Below are positions 8,470 through 19,523 of a DNA stretch of 52,993 nt, in pieces; positions within the stretch are counted from its first letter, which is position 1, and each line of letters starts with the position of its first letter. The stretch is taken from UHGV virus genome UHGV-1368966; one strand, given 5' to 3'. Below the pieces are notes generated by a model. It was not told the origin of the DNA. It was given only the letters and a program-made list of their open reading frames with translations, and ran no database searches. A program made the translations under genes and the position numbers. This stretch comes from a virus.

Positions 8470-8868
8470 CTATGGTTCCACTGGCCACGGGCACGCCGGG
8501 TCATCCGGTCCTTGCCACGGAAAGCCAAGCTGTTGCGGCAAGTCACGCAGGGATTGGCGGTACGCCTTGATCTCTTCAAGCTTGTCAGTATCAAGCGGAT
8601 AGTCCGGCATGACGAGGTAATCTGTTGCAGTAATGCGCCTATCGCGTTCGGCGCGTACGCTCGCCGCAAGTTCTTCGGTTGTCGGTACGGGCGGCGTGTA
8701 CGGCTGTTCCTCAGTCACGCATTCGGGGTGCGCCTCGGCGTAGGCAAAGACCTCATCCCAAAGTTCCGCAAATTCCGCGGCGTAGGGATAGACATGGTAT
8801 GGAAGGCCGTTCTTTGTGATGACATAGGAATCGTCAAAGATACGGTGAATGATTTGTCCGTAGCTCAT
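8470..8868 (-). CDS. Tail fiber assembly protein (Tfa / Caudo_TAP-like).
   Basis: C-terminal TDYLVMPDYPLDTDKLEEIKAYRQSLRDLPQQ is the Tfa hallmark. Start MSYGQ follows the tail fiber stop. Confidence 0.55.
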   Translation of the reverse strand: MSYGQIIHRIFDDSYVITKNGLPYHVYPYAAEFAELWDEVFAYAEAHPECVTEEQPYTPPVPTTEELAASVRAERDRRITATDYLVMPDYPLDTDKLEEIKAYRQSLRDLPQQLGFPWQGPDDPACPWPVEP

Positions 8869-8881
8869 TTCCAATCCTTTT

Positions 8882-10387
8882 CTATGCGTTTCGGATAGCA
8901 ATCCAACGCCCAGAGATATATGTTCCTCCGGCAACTGCGCCGTATTCAACTTGTCCGTTGTTGTATGCAAGAAACGTCCATGTTCCCCCGGCAGGAATAT
9001 TGTTGTTGTCTCCTGCTCTAACGTTTGGAACTATCGTTGTTTGCCATGCATTGCTTGAGTTCGTAGCATAGTTCACGCTAAAATTAATTGGGTTCCATGT
9101 ATACATATTTCCAAATTCTGCCGCGTTTCCACCCCAAACCCACTCCGGTTGTCCTGTAGATCGTCCAGCCCAGTTGAATTTCGCGACTTGACCGTCATCT
9201 GTTACGACTAAGCTTTGCGCCTTTTCCGCACTTGGGGCTTTTGTACATCCGGCGGATGTCGTGACGATACTCCCAAGATCGAGAGTATCCGCCTGCGCCT
9301 TCAGTCCACTCTCACTGTACCCTATGTAGATCTTATCGCTTCCTTGCCCGGTTCCGCCGCCTTGCTGCACGGGCGTAAAACCTAGTGCGGGCTTGTACTC
9401 CCCGCCTCCGGTCAGGAAGCTTTCATGCTGCCCGGCGGCTGCGGGCGGTACGAGGCCGCTTGTCCCGGCTGTCGATGCCGTCGCGCCTTCGTATTCGGGA
9501 ACGGAGATGATCCCGTTGTTGACGGTGAGGCCGTCGCCGACCTGGGAAGATGTGATGAACTGCGTCCAGACAGACCAAGATGAACTCGCCATTCTATACT
9601 GGCGGATAAAAACCAAGTCGGCTACAGACGAATAATTGTAAGCAATCTGAAACAGATTTTTGGTGATTGCTCCTTTAACACTTCGAACCACCTGCAAAAA
9701 GAAAGCCTGATTTCTCCGAGGGGCGTTCACGCTCCCTGTGGCATTTATCAGATAAAGACCTGCCTCAGTGACGGTATTAAAATCTACGTTGTTTCCAAGT
9801 TCTCTTGCGGGCCCAATCTGTCCCCGCGCACTCGCCAGATCCTCAAGGTTCCCCCCAATCGCCACGTCCTTCACGGTGATGGTTCCGTCTTCTGTGACCT
9901 TTGCAGTTATCCCGTCCGGCTTTACAAGACCCGGTGCCGAAGTCGTCCCAAGCACCACTCCGAGATTTTTTCTTGCCTCTGCCGCCGTTGACGCTTCTGT
10001 CCCACCTTTAGCGACGGGTACAACATAGTTATCGGCAAGATCTGATGCTTTAGAAGCTGTACTTGCATTACCTGTGATATCTCCGGGAAGTTTTCCGCTG
10101 GAATCGCGCACGGGGATGGTGTTCGCGGTGGTCCCGGTCGCCGCATGTTTGCCGTCAACAGTGTCCACGTCATGCATGAGCTTGCCCACCGTTGCCCATG
10201 CGTTCGAGGCATATTTCTGTATCTGCACGCCGCCCGTCACTGAGGATATCCGTTTTGCATTCTCGGGAAGGTTAGTAATCCCCGTGAAATCCATGTTCGC
10301 CAGCGCGTCGAGCATGGTTTTGATGGCGGGGACATCCGAAGCAATTTTGTTTGCAAGCGCAACTTCTGCGCTCCATGAAATAGCCAT
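8882..10387 (-). CDS. Tail fiber protein.
   Basis: About 500 aa and Gly/Thr/Ser-rich. Sits between the J-like gene and the Tfa gene. AAGGAG lies 7 nt before ATG 10387. Confidence 0.55.
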   Translation of the reverse strand: MAISWSAEVALANKIASDVPAIKTMLDALANMDFTGITNLPENAKRISSVTGGVQIQKYASNAWATVGKLMHDVDTVDGKHAATGTTANTIPVRDSSGKLPGDITGNASTASKASDLADNYVVPVAKGGTEASTAAEARKNLGVVLGTTSAPGLVKPDGITAKVTEDGTITVKDVAIGGNLEDLASARGQIGPARELGNNVDFNTVTEAGLYLINATGSVNAPRRNQAFFLQVVRSVKGAITKNLFQIAYNYSSVADLVFIRQYRMASSSWSVWTQFITSSQVGDGLTVNNGIISVPEYEGATASTAGTSGLVPPAAAGQHESFLTGGGEYKPALGFTPVQQGGGTGQGSDKIYIGYSESGLKAQADTLDLGSIVTTSAGCTKAPSAEKAQSLVVTDDGQVAKFNWAGRSTGQPEWVWGGNAAEFGNMYTWNPINFSVNYATNSSNAWQTTIVPNVRAGDNNNIPAGGTWTFLAYNNGQVEYGAVAGGTYISGRWIAIRNA

Positions 10388-10398
10388 AGTCATACTCC

Positions 10399-13300
10399 TT
10401 AAACGCCATATGCGGCCCAATCCACAGTTCCATCGGCTCGATTGCCGTTTTTGTCTTTTACGAATATGCGGAATCCCTTGGGGTTTTCTGTATCCTCGAA
10501 CACTGTAAACGCGGTAAGGTTTTCATTATTGACGATATTAGGTTTGGGCAGGCTTTCAACATCGATAAAATTGACATTGAAATCGACCCACTTGCCCGTG
10601 AGCATGGGAGTCTCTGTCTCCGAGATCCACCCGGTACCGTTGTCCGTTGACTTTACATCTATCCTCCCGAAATCCATTTTTCTTTTCACATCAAGGGAGT
10701 AGTTGATGTTCGAGATCACCGTCATGCCGCCCGTAACTGTGATGGTGTATCGGACATAGCGAAACTGCGTAGCGAAGACGACTGTGGCGTTATCCGAAAT
10801 GGTCCGCCATATAGCGTTGTCTTGGCTCACCTCGATCTTGCAGGCAAAGGCGGGATTGCCGCTCAACGTGCGGGAGGAGATGGTGACCGTAATTTTGGTT
10901 GAGGGTACGAGTTTGCCCACATCCACGGTTTCGATATAGATTCCGGATGCAGCAGCCGGGGCCATCCACGTAGTGAAGCCTTCGTCGATCTTCTGTTGCC
11001 ATGTTTCGATGGACCTACCCGCTGCTTGTGTTGCCCGTGTAAGGTTCTCTTCCCATGTCTCATCGGGCACGGGGCCTATCATGCTGCCGCGCCCGTCCAA
11101 CACAAAATTGGTCTTCGTGCCGTTAAAAAGAGAATCAAGGTTATGGTAGAATACGAAGTCAGGCGGCTGGCTGACAGTCATCTTGATTGATGACATTGTT
11201 CCCCGGTTCCCCCCCACATCAACAGGGGTTATGCCATAGATATATTCTCCTGAAACGGTTTCAAAAGAAGAGGCAAACAGTGCATCAATCCGCCCGATCT
11301 CCATATCATAGCCGTCCTCATCGATTTCTGAAAAGATGTATTCACGAATGGGGAAAAATATCCTATCCGGTTCCGTCCAATACAACATGACGTTGTTGTC
11401 AACTGTGGCACAGTTTTCGAACTGCACTTTTCCCGGTGCAATGACCGTGAAATCGCAATCTCCCCATCCTGAAATATTTCCAGCACTATCTACGGCCCTG
11501 ACCATGAACCAATGCATCCCAACGGATACGGCTGGAACGGTCAGACAATCGATGTCAAGACGTCCATAATCTTCCTCTCTGGTAACGATCACCCCATCAT
11601 CCCGAGTTTCTTCCCACTGCCGAACTAAATCCCACGCGACGATGGGAAGAAGGTTAGTCGTCGCCTTCCAGCGTACAGTGATGCCTTCGCCGTCAAGAAC
11701 TGCAGTCACCTGCGGAGGCTCTGGTTTGGTGACGACATATGCAGCTTCACCCCACCCTGATACATTCCCCGCTACGTCTATCGCACGGACTCGATATTCC
11801 CATGTCCCTGCCTTTGGTGCCGGGAATCGATATGAAGTGGCCTTCGTCTTGGCTACAAATATTCCATCAACAAAAACAATTTCATATGTTTCAATGGGAA
11901 ACGCTGACTCTACCGTAGGCCACGATATGACCATATCAGTGCTGTCTATCGTGATGACGGGCTTGGGCGGATAAATCGGCCCAACGTGAACGCTCCCGTA
12001 TCCTGCCGGAGATTCGTTTTGGAAGATGTCCACAGCGATTACTTTGAACGTGTAATCCCCTTCGGGACGTGGGGGCATCAACCATGCCGTAGAGTTCACT
12101 ATCTCATTTATATTGTTATATATATCAAATATATTGTAATGATGGATAGGCCATGTAGTCTTGCAGTCTTGCCATTGCACATACAGTCCGTCGGTTCTAA
12201 GTTCCCCTCCAATGTCCGGCACTGCTGGACTTTTGACTTCGATTGTTATTTGCGCAGGATTCTTTGATGTTCTTCCTCCAGTGTCCACGGCAACAACGGA
12301 AAAAGAAAGCATTCCCGTTTTTTTCGGAGCCGCAAGCGTTATCGCATTATCAACAGTCTTTCCCCCGAAACTTCCGGTCACAACATAATGTGAAAGGTCA
12401 AGGACGGTTACTTCATCCCATGCCAAAGTGATTCCTGCGGGTATATCGATAACTGCCGAAAGGTTTTCAATGTCGGGGGGAAGAGACGTTTTCCCTACAA
12501 CTTTATGAAGAACGACAGGCGATTGTTGGGACATGACGCCGATGTTGGACATGGCCATGATCGCCAGCTCGTACATAGCCCCTTCTTGCACGCCGGATAT
12601 GTAGCTGAATGTCTGCCCAGTATTGCGTTCAGGTACGCTGATCCATTCGGAATCTCCTTGCTTACGGTGCATGATGCGCCATGAATCAATCACCACATTA
12701 GAGTCCGCAATCTTCCAGTTTACGAGAATGCGGGGCAAAAGTGTGCCGTCTGCAAGCTGTGTCAGCACGGTTTCATCAGAAACGATATTCGTGAGTTCAG
12801 GCGTAGGCGGTGTATTCGCTTGGTACCGCGTGGGGGCCGTGATATTCGAATCCCACGGAGGTATTTCCCCGGTGAGCGCATCGTAAAGATTCGTTGCCGC
12901 GTCTTGGAATGTAATTTGAGCCGTTAGCCCTTCTGAGGGGGTTATGCTTAAAACGTTCAGAAGCTGATCCGTACGTCCAGCGATACCAAAAGATACCAAA
13001 TCCCCAATATCCGGAGCCGATGAAGTGGCGGGAATAGGCATGGCAAGCACGAGAGTACGAGATACGCCGGGAACAGTCTGAACAGAGTAGTACGCGTCGA
13101 CGTTGGTGGGAGTGGAAACACGGATGCCGTAGGATTTCCCCGCGTCCATCGCACAAAGCTCATCAAGATCAATGGAAATAAGGTTACCATCACTATTGAG
13201 AGCACGGCTTACGACGCGCCCGGAAATGATGCCCCACAACGTAACATCGTGCTGGCAACGGACATGCTCACCCCGGCGCAGCGTCAACGATTCCGCCTCG

Positions 13301-15510
13301 GCATTGAGCGTATACACCTCGGGGCGTAGCCTCAGTTCCGCAAGGCGCAACCTTCCATGTTTCCAAATCAGATCGGGATTGGTAACGCCGTCTTGTTCCC
13401 ATTCGATGACATTGGTGGCGTTTGTCTCATTGTAGCCATCAGCATAGACCACGCGCTCGTCTTCTTGGAAATCACGAGTTTCATTCAAGAAACGCATACG
13501 AAGACCCTGCACGGGTTCCGTCAAAAATTCCTTCTTTGCTGAAAAACCCCATGTATTTCGAGGAGTCAGGATTTCAACAACAGGCGCATCCGGATCGTCC
13601 CAAACCACCCCATGCCCGTTTATCAGTGCATAAGAGCCTCGCCCGGCTCCCATGATGTTGTGCTGGAGTTCGCCCGCTGTGGTGCGTGAAGTCTGGACGG
13701 CATTATAGGCCCACCCCCACCGCTGGCACCAGTTATAGAAATCAGCATAGGAATCCATGTCCATTTCATCCCACGACGCGGGTTTACCCGTGCATTGCGA
13801 TGTGGCCACGAGAAGCGCGAGGGATGCGGGGTTATTCGTGGGCTGGTCTATCCAGTTTGTCCCGTTCCAGATCGGCGCAATGGACTGGCAATAGCAGTTG
13901 AACTCGTCGACGTTCCCGAAAAGCTGTTCCGTAGCCTTGAGCTGTACTTCGATGAGCGTAAGCGGACGGCCCTGATAGACCACGGCGGGACGGTTGCGCC
14001 AGCTTTGCAGCGTCGTCCATGTACACTCGTCCATGACCGTCTGATCGGTGGTTTCCTTGTCTGAATCTGGTGTGACGCGACGGACGGAAACTTCATACTG
14101 TCCGTCGGGAACGTCAAATTCCACCCCCTTTCGTTGGGTAGTAACTGTTTGGCCTGAGAAAACAATGCTTGGAGATATGACTGAACCTGAAGAAATTTTT
14201 ACGGTAGCTCCTACAGCTTCAACAGTACCTGTAAAATTATTTACCGTATGCAAATTTTGTATATAATACACGTTTCGAGAATACCATTGCATACCACCAT
14301 TACCATGCTCTGCCTCATAATATACTTCTTCTATTACAAATTCACCAACAGCGATTGCCATGCCTCCATTTATAGAAAAAGAATTGTCCGGATTGATGCC
14401 GATACTAAAATTTCCTGCGGCAATACGAGGACGTAATTCTACAAGAGGAACATTCCCCCCGCCCGTCGTGCGTGTCCCCCCATAAGGAATCCAATCGGAA
14501 GCCCCCACGCGGCGGTATCTGACTTCAAGTTCAACGGATACGGGGTAGGAATTGCCTTTCTTATCGATGCGTTTCAACCCGTTGAAAGTAAAGAACAGGG
14601 CGATATGGTTGGTATCGGCCTTCGTCGTCCGTGTTACCCACCCCACGCTGTTCTTGAGCAACACGGACATGGACTCTTCGGACACGGCACGGTTGAACCA
14701 TGCAAACCCGCTGCCCTGCCAGTTCTGGTGGATGCGGTATTCAGATCCTTGGAAGTTTCCGAACGGCGTGTCTCCTATACGGAAATCGGATACCTGCACG
14801 TTGCCCATACTTACAACATACAGATAGCGGACATACTGATCGTTTCCGGAAAGGACGGTGTAATACTGTGCGGCGAACCGGGGCGCGAATCGGATAAAGC
14901 CAAGTACCAGCGGCACAATGCCGTAAGGATCGGCACGGTTCTGTGCGCCGTCGATGCTCCAGACTTTAGCGGCGGTTTCGTTGTCGGCGGCGGCAAGCTT
15001 GGGTTGGGAAACACCCGCTATGGCATTTACAAGCAACATGCCGCTCATCATGACGGCGGCACCCGCTACGGCTCCCCATCCGGCCCCCATTCCAAGAGCT
15101 TCAATACCGAACCATCCTGCGCCAGCCCCGCCCACATACCATGTCGCTATGGCGGAAACAGCAATGACAACCAATTGTAAAATAGTCGCCAGCGGGTTCT
15201 TTCCCCCGCCCTTTCCCAACGGAATACAGACGGAAACAAACTGTCCCTCACAAACCAGCGTCGTGTGCCACTCTTCATAAGGTACCGGAACGCCGTTGAC
15301 GAACACCTTGGCATAACGCAGCGTGGTGTAGCTGATGCCCGCATCCCGGCAAGCCTTGCGCAGTCCGAAAAGGAGGCTGGTTCCGCTTGGGATGAGTCTG
15401 TCGATGACGTTGGTTCGCATCGGGGAAGGCCGCAGCCGTAAAGACGCCCCGTCCTTTTTTAGAATGGGCAACGCTTCGGGGATGGCGGGAAGGTTATACA
15501 AGTGCGACAT
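10399..15510 (-). CDS. Host-specificity / central tail fiber protein, lambda J-like, with a gpI-like N-terminus and FN3-like repeats.
   Basis: 1703 aa. N-terminal Gly-rich hydrophobic segment. Follows the gpK/L/M-like genes. Internal repeated beta-rich modules. Confidence 0.7.
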   Translation of the reverse strand: MSHLYNLPAIPEALPILKKDGASLRLRPSPMRTNVIDRLIPSGTSLLFGLRKACRDAGISYTTLRYAKVFVNGVPVPYEEWHTTLVCEGQFVSVCIPLGKGGGKNPLATILQLVVIAVSAIATWYVGGAGAGWFGIEALGMGAGWGAVAGAAVMMSGMLLVNAIAGVSQPKLAAADNETAAKVWSIDGAQNRADPYGIVPLVLGFIRFAPRFAAQYYTVLSGNDQYVRYLYVVSMGNVQVSDFRIGDTPFGNFQGSEYRIHQNWQGSGFAWFNRAVSEESMSVLLKNSVGWVTRTTKADTNHIALFFTFNGLKRIDKKGNSYPVSVELEVRYRRVGASDWIPYGGTRTTGGGNVPLVELRPRIAAGNFSIGINPDNSFSINGGMAIAVGEFVIEEVYYEAEHGNGGMQWYSRNVYYIQNLHTVNNFTGTVEAVGATVKISSGSVISPSIVFSGQTVTTQRKGVEFDVPDGQYEVSVRRVTPDSDKETTDQTVMDECTWTTLQSWRNRPAVVYQGRPLTLIEVQLKATEQLFGNVDEFNCYCQSIAPIWNGTNWIDQPTNNPASLALLVATSQCTGKPASWDEMDMDSYADFYNWCQRWGWAYNAVQTSRTTAGELQHNIMGAGRGSYALINGHGVVWDDPDAPVVEILTPRNTWGFSAKKEFLTEPVQGLRMRFLNETRDFQEDERVVYADGYNETNATNVIEWEQDGVTNPDLIWKHGRLRLAELRLRPEVYTLNAEAESLTLRRGEHVRCQHDVTLWGIISGRVVSRALNSDGNLISIDLDELCAMDAGKSYGIRVSTPTNVDAYYSVQTVPGVSRTLVLAMPIPATSSAPDIGDLVSFGIAGRTDQLLNVLSITPSEGLTAQITFQDAATNLYDALTGEIPPWDSNITAPTRYQANTPPTPELTNIVSDETVLTQLADGTLLPRILVNWKIADSNVVIDSWRIMHRKQGDSEWISVPERNTGQTFSYISGVQEGAMYELAIMAMSNIGVMSQQSPVVLHKVVGKTSLPPDIENLSAVIDIPAGITLAWDEVTVLDLSHYVVTGSFGGKTVDNAITLAAPKKTGMLSFSVVAVDTGGRTSKNPAQITIEVKSPAVPDIGGELRTDGLYVQWQDCKTTWPIHHYNIFDIYNNINEIVNSTAWLMPPRPEGDYTFKVIAVDIFQNESPAGYGSVHVGPIYPPKPVITIDSTDMVISWPTVESAFPIETYEIVFVDGIFVAKTKATSYRFPAPKAGTWEYRVRAIDVAGNVSGWGEAAYVVTKPEPPQVTAVLDGEGITVRWKATTNLLPIVAWDLVRQWEETRDDGVIVTREEDYGRLDIDCLTVPAVSVGMHWFMVRAVDSAGNISGWGDCDFTVIAPGKVQFENCATVDNNVMLYWTEPDRIFFPIREYIFSEIDEDGYDMEIGRIDALFASSFETVSGEYIYGITPVDVGGNRGTMSSIKMTVSQPPDFVFYHNLDSLFNGTKTNFVLDGRGSMIGPVPDETWEENLTRATQAAGRSIETWQQKIDEGFTTWMAPAAASGIYIETVDVGKLVPSTKITVTISSRTLSGNPAFACKIEVSQDNAIWRTISDNATVVFATQFRYVRYTITVTGGMTVISNINYSLDVKRKMDFGRIDVKSTDNGTGWISETETPMLTGKWVDFNVNFIDVESLPKPNIVNNENLTAFTVFEDTENPKGFRIFVKDKNGNRADGTVDWAAYGV

Positions 15511-15964
15511 GCCGATATATCCCTACGAGTTGATAGCCTGTGCCGAGCATTTTGAGGGGAGCCAACCGGGAAGGCCGCGTTTCTTCAACGTGTATGATGT
15601 GCCGGGCATCAACCACGGCGGCGCAATGGCAATCGGCCCCACGGTAGCGGTATAGGGCCATGTCCAACGGCTTGGGTTCAGTCCCCTTGGACAGAAGAAC
15701 CCACTCTGAAAGTGAGTCTCCAATCATGTGGGAAAGCCGCTCTTGACCGTCTCGCGTGTGCAACTCCTGCCGTTCGTAGACCTCAAGCATATCTTTGGCA
15801 TGGATGCCCCGTTCCGTCTTGAGCATGAGCAGAACCAACCCGCCGCAATCGCAGCCCAAAAAGGAGCGTCCGCCGTTTTCAAACGGGATGCCGATGTATT
15901 TTTCATGCCACTGCATCAGAACAACCCCGGAAAGAGCGCAGGATAAAAGTTCATCGCCGGGCAC
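15494..15964 (-). CDS. Tail assembly protein gpK-like (NlpC/P60).
   Basis: Motif GCDCGGLV plus downstream His, in the position of lambda gene K. Confidence 0.6.
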   Translation of the reverse strand: MPGDELLSCALSGVVLMQWHEKYIGIPFENGGRSFLGCDCGGLVLLMLKTERGIHAKDMLEVYERQELHTRDGQERLSHMIGDSLSEWVLLSKGTEPKPLDMALYRYRGADCHCAAVVDARHIIHVEETRPSRLAPLKMLGTGYQLVGIYRHVALV

Positions 15965-16434
15965 GGTTCCGCCCGGTAGTCGTCAGGCCCGAGTTCGGCG
16001 TCAATCGTACTGGCATTGTAAGTTGCCGAGGTGATTCTGAGCACTGGAAATTCCTGTTGTACTTCATTCGGGGAAGAGGCAAAGACTGTCTTGACAGTGA
16101 AGGAGGCCGCCGATTCCATATTCCGGATAGCCGCCACATACTCCCGATCAATATTGTCAATCGAAACCTGCGCCTTGATAGGGTCACTTCCTTCCGGCTG
16201 GTCGGGCACCGTGAACTTGAAGGGCAGCGCGTAGTAAACAACCCCATTGTGCCGAGTCCCGTAAATCGGCTCTTTCGTCTCGTCATGAAGCTGGATAAAT
16301 TCGGTCATGTCCGAAGATACCCGGATCGGCGCGGACAATGACGGATGCGTGATTTCCAAAAGAAAAATATATGGATCGGCACTGTCGTTAGCCGTAGCCC
16401 ATTTCCTGAACTCACTACTTGTTACGACTGACAT
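15916..16434 (-). CDS. Minor tail protein, gpL-like.
   Basis: Position between the M-like and K-like genes. 172 aa. Confidence 0.45.
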   Translation of the reverse strand: MSVVTSSEFRKWATANDSADPYIFLLEITHPSLSAPIRVSSDMTEFIQLHDETKEPIYGTRHNGVVYYALPFKFTVPDQPEGSDPIKAQVSIDNIDREYVAAIRNMESAASFTVKTVFASSPNEVQQEFPVLRITSATYNASTIDAELGPDDYRAEPCPAMNFYPALFPGLF

Positions 16435-16792
16435 AAGGCCATATCTCCAAGGTCATGGTGACATACCAATGTCGTGCGCCAACGGGGGCAAACTGGATTT
16501 CCGAATCGCCTTTTACCCGCACATAGCGGTACACATCGGCTGTCGGGTCGGGCCACCAGAAGGACCTCCCGGCGTTGCCGTCAAGAAAATCCTTCATCGT
16601 GGCCTTCTGTTCCCATTTCAGAAGATACTTGACTGAGCGGGACTCTGTGCCCGCGCTCGACCGCCTACGCTGACGCTTCGGGCCAGCGTCCATATCCGTC
16701 ACGATAACGTCATAGTTCGGCGTCTCCCCATAACTATCAACAAGCGGCCTCTGTTGAAGCGAGACGGGCCATGTGATTTCGGAATATGCCAT
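16415..16792 (-). CDS. Minor tail protein, gpM-like.
   Basis: 125 aa, immediately after the tape measure gene, overlapping its stop. Confidence 0.45.
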   Translation of the reverse strand: MAYSEITWPVSLQQRPLVDSYGETPNYDVIVTDMDAGPKRQRRRSSAGTESRSVKYLLKWEQKATMKDFLDGNAGRSFWWPDPTADVYRYVRVKGDSEIQFAPVGARHWYVTMTLEIWPYVSRNK

Positions 16793-19419
16793 CAGCGCCC
16801 CCTCACCACAGGCTTGACGCCGTACCGCCCCCGTATCGTCTGGTCGATGACTCCCCCACGGGCAATGTCAGATGCCATTTCTCGCTTGAGCAAGACCACA
16901 ACGTCCATGCCGCCCTGCGCATTACGCTGTTGTTGGACTTCGGCGGTAGCGTCGGTGCCCGTCTGGTTGATGACTTGGATGTTGATTTGCGGAGTAATGC
17001 TACTAGAACTCTGTGCCCGTACCCCGAGATCGCCGCTGGATGTCCGCACAAGAGGCATAACCGCCTCACTTCTCCCCGGTACTTCGCCCATGACGCCGCC
17101 CTGTGCAAAAGGCGTCAGGCTATCAAAGCCGAAGAACGTTGGCCTGTTGATAATCCTGTTTGAATATGCGGATATCCCCGGTCCGGATAGGACGTTACCG
17201 TGTGCATTCGGAAGCGCACCAGCAACGATAGAATCAGCAAGATTATTGAACTTGATGTTCGTAGACCAATTAGAGAACAAGCCACCCAACGCCCCCGCCA
17301 ACGGCCCGGTTATGTTCGCCCGTACTGTCAGCCGCACAAGATCGGCAATCATCGAGTTGATCATGTCAGAGAACGACAGCTTCCCCGTTTCCGCCATTTT
17401 CACGAAGGCATCTTCAATACCTGTGAGTGTGCCCGTGGTCAGGTTCTCGAACGACGCTGCAAGGTTTTCCGTCTCAATGCGGTACCTCGTGAGGCCCCGG
17501 TAGGCACCTGCCCACGGATCGCGGGAAAGCTCAAGGGACAAGATCTCCAGCATTTTGTTCACATCATCAATGGGGATGCCCATCGCAATCCAGACTTCAC
17601 GCTGTTTCTCAAGCAACTGGTTCTGATAGCTGATGCTCGAACTGTATTCCCCGGTCTTCTCCGAAAGCTGTTTGTAGAACTCGGCCTTCTCTTGGAGGTT
17701 CTGGTTCTCCAATTCCTCAAGCTTCTTGTTCGCCTCAAGAACGGCCTTGCGCTTCGTGAGTTCAGCTACCTGTTCGGCCTGTGCCGCCGTCGCCTGTTTC
17801 CGGCGTATCGTCTCTTCCTTGGTGACATCGGCGTTCTCAATGGCGGCGTCGCGTTCGGCCTCAATCTGCACCCGCATTCGTTCGAACTTCGTCAGGGTAG
17901 GGTCAAGGGAGTCTTCGAGAGACGAGACTTCATTGCGAAGCTTTTTCAGGCTGGATTCGTATTGGGCAGAACTTTCCGCAAATTTCTTTGCTTCTGATTC
18001 TTCCTTATTTTTCCCCCTTTTTTTATTCTCCTTTTCTTCTAGTGCTTTCTTTTCATCTGCATATTGCTTATCAAGCCTTGATTTTGTCTGGATAAGATCC
18101 GCGTAATCTTTTCCCTCTTGTTTACGCTTATCTATTTGAGCATCTATAAACTTAACATTTTCATTATATTCATTTTTTATATTTTGAAGACGGGATTCAT
18201 ATGTAGTTTTGAGTGATTCACGGATTTGAGCATACCCTTTCGATTCAGCATCTGCCGCAGCCTTTGCCGCCAATTCAGAAGCCCTTTGTCTCTTTTGTTC
18301 AGCAACCATACGTTGCTGTTCAACTTTATCGTATGCGTCACCAGACTTAAGTATTAAATCAACCATTTTCTGGCGATTCATAAAATCTGCTTTTACAAAC
18401 TTGTCATAATCAAGTTTACCTTCTGATACGAGTTTCATTCCCTGAGAGAACGTTTCTCCTACAGAACGCAGATTCGCATATTCGCGGACTTGTTTAAGTG
18501 CTTCCGTTATTTCATTAATAACATCAACTACAGATTCGCTATCAAGAATATTCGCTTTGAATAGAGTCCACTCTGTGCTCATCTTGTTGATAGCCTGTTG
18601 AACACCATTGGAAGCGCTTTGAGCAGAGGCTCCAAATTTGTTTTCCAAAGCGTCGGCAAGTTTTGGCAACAAGTCTTCGGCAGTCAATTTGCCATCCGCC
18701 ATGAACTTATCCAGTTCTGCCGTTGTCATCCCCATAGCTTGAGCAGCAAGCTGAAATGCACCTGGTAGCCGTTCACCAAGCTGTCCACGCAATTCTTCTG
18801 CCTGAACTTTTCCCTTTGAAATCATCTGACCGAGGGCTAGAAAGATTCCCTGCATTTGATCTGTAGACAAAGATAATGACGTACCAGCTTTTGAAATACT
18901 GGTAAAAATTTTATCCATATCTTTTTCAAGAGATGTACCTTGCGCAGCAGAAAAGAATGTCTTTGCAGACTCAGCAGTGGAGACAAATTCAAGACCAAGC
19001 TTTTGAGACGTATTATATATAAAATCTAATTGTTCTTTCGCTAATTCTGAACTTCCAGCAATAGACGTATATGATTTGTTTAATCTGTCAACGGATATTG
19101 AAGCATCTAAAAGAGCTTTACCCATAGACATTATTTTATCTATAGCAATCAAACCAGTAAATACACCAACAGCTTTTGAAAGCATAGAAAATGAAGACTC
19201 AGTTTGTTTTGCAGAATCTCCGGTTTTCTTTATACCATCGCTGGCTTTTTTACCTGATTCACCTACTTCTGATAGTTTATTTTTTACTTTTCCTGCGCTA
19301 TTAGACATGCCATCCATAATGGTTATCGCGTCTCTAGCACCTATCTTCAGCTTGGCAATATCAAATTCAACTTGGAATACAGGCATGGCATACCTCAATA
19401 TTTTGTGCAAGTATGCCAT
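16792..19419 (-). CDS. Tail tape measure protein.
   Basis: 875 aa. Long coiled-coil, KE-rich central region. Upstream of the M/L/K/J-like genes. Confidence 0.75.
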   Translation of the reverse strand: MAYLHKILRYAMPVFQVEFDIAKLKIGARDAITIMDGMSNSAGKVKNKLSEVGESGKKASDGIKKTGDSAKQTESSFSMLSKAVGVFTGLIAIDKIMSMGKALLDASISVDRLNKSYTSIAGSSELAKEQLDFIYNTSQKLGLEFVSTAESAKTFFSAAQGTSLEKDMDKIFTSISKAGTSLSLSTDQMQGIFLALGQMISKGKVQAEELRGQLGERLPGAFQLAAQAMGMTTAELDKFMADGKLTAEDLLPKLADALENKFGASAQSASNGVQQAINKMSTEWTLFKANILDSESVVDVINEITEALKQVREYANLRSVGETFSQGMKLVSEGKLDYDKFVKADFMNRQKMVDLILKSGDAYDKVEQQRMVAEQKRQRASELAAKAAADAESKGYAQIRESLKTTYESRLQNIKNEYNENVKFIDAQIDKRKQEGKDYADLIQTKSRLDKQYADEKKALEEKENKKRGKNKEESEAKKFAESSAQYESSLKKLRNEVSSLEDSLDPTLTKFERMRVQIEAERDAAIENADVTKEETIRRKQATAAQAEQVAELTKRKAVLEANKKLEELENQNLQEKAEFYKQLSEKTGEYSSSISYQNQLLEKQREVWIAMGIPIDDVNKMLEILSLELSRDPWAGAYRGLTRYRIETENLAASFENLTTGTLTGIEDAFVKMAETGKLSFSDMINSMIADLVRLTVRANITGPLAGALGGLFSNWSTNIKFNNLADSIVAGALPNAHGNVLSGPGISAYSNRIINRPTFFGFDSLTPFAQGGVMGEVPGRSEAVMPLVRTSSGDLGVRAQSSSSITPQINIQVINQTGTDATAEVQQQRNAQGGMDVVVLLKREMASDIARGGVIDQTIRGRYGVKPVVRGR

Positions 19420-19523
19420 ATATATTTCTGCATTTGGAGTTATGACAGGGTATTTCTGGAAAGTTTTTTCCCAATTGCCTTATGTCTTTTAGAATGCTAA
19501 TTTACCATTCATGGAGGGTATAT

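Noticed and set aside
8193-8570. A 125-aa plus-strand ORF and a 65-aa minus-strand ORF in the att-proximal gap.
   Set aside because: They overlap each other and the Tfa gene end, with no start signals. Left unannotated.
17200-18106. Plus-strand ORFs of 265 and 126 aa inside the tape measure gene.
   Set aside because: These are shadow ORFs antisense to a well-supported 875-aa coding region. Their composition is Arg and Leu-rich, typical of antisense reading of KE-rich coiled-coil codons.
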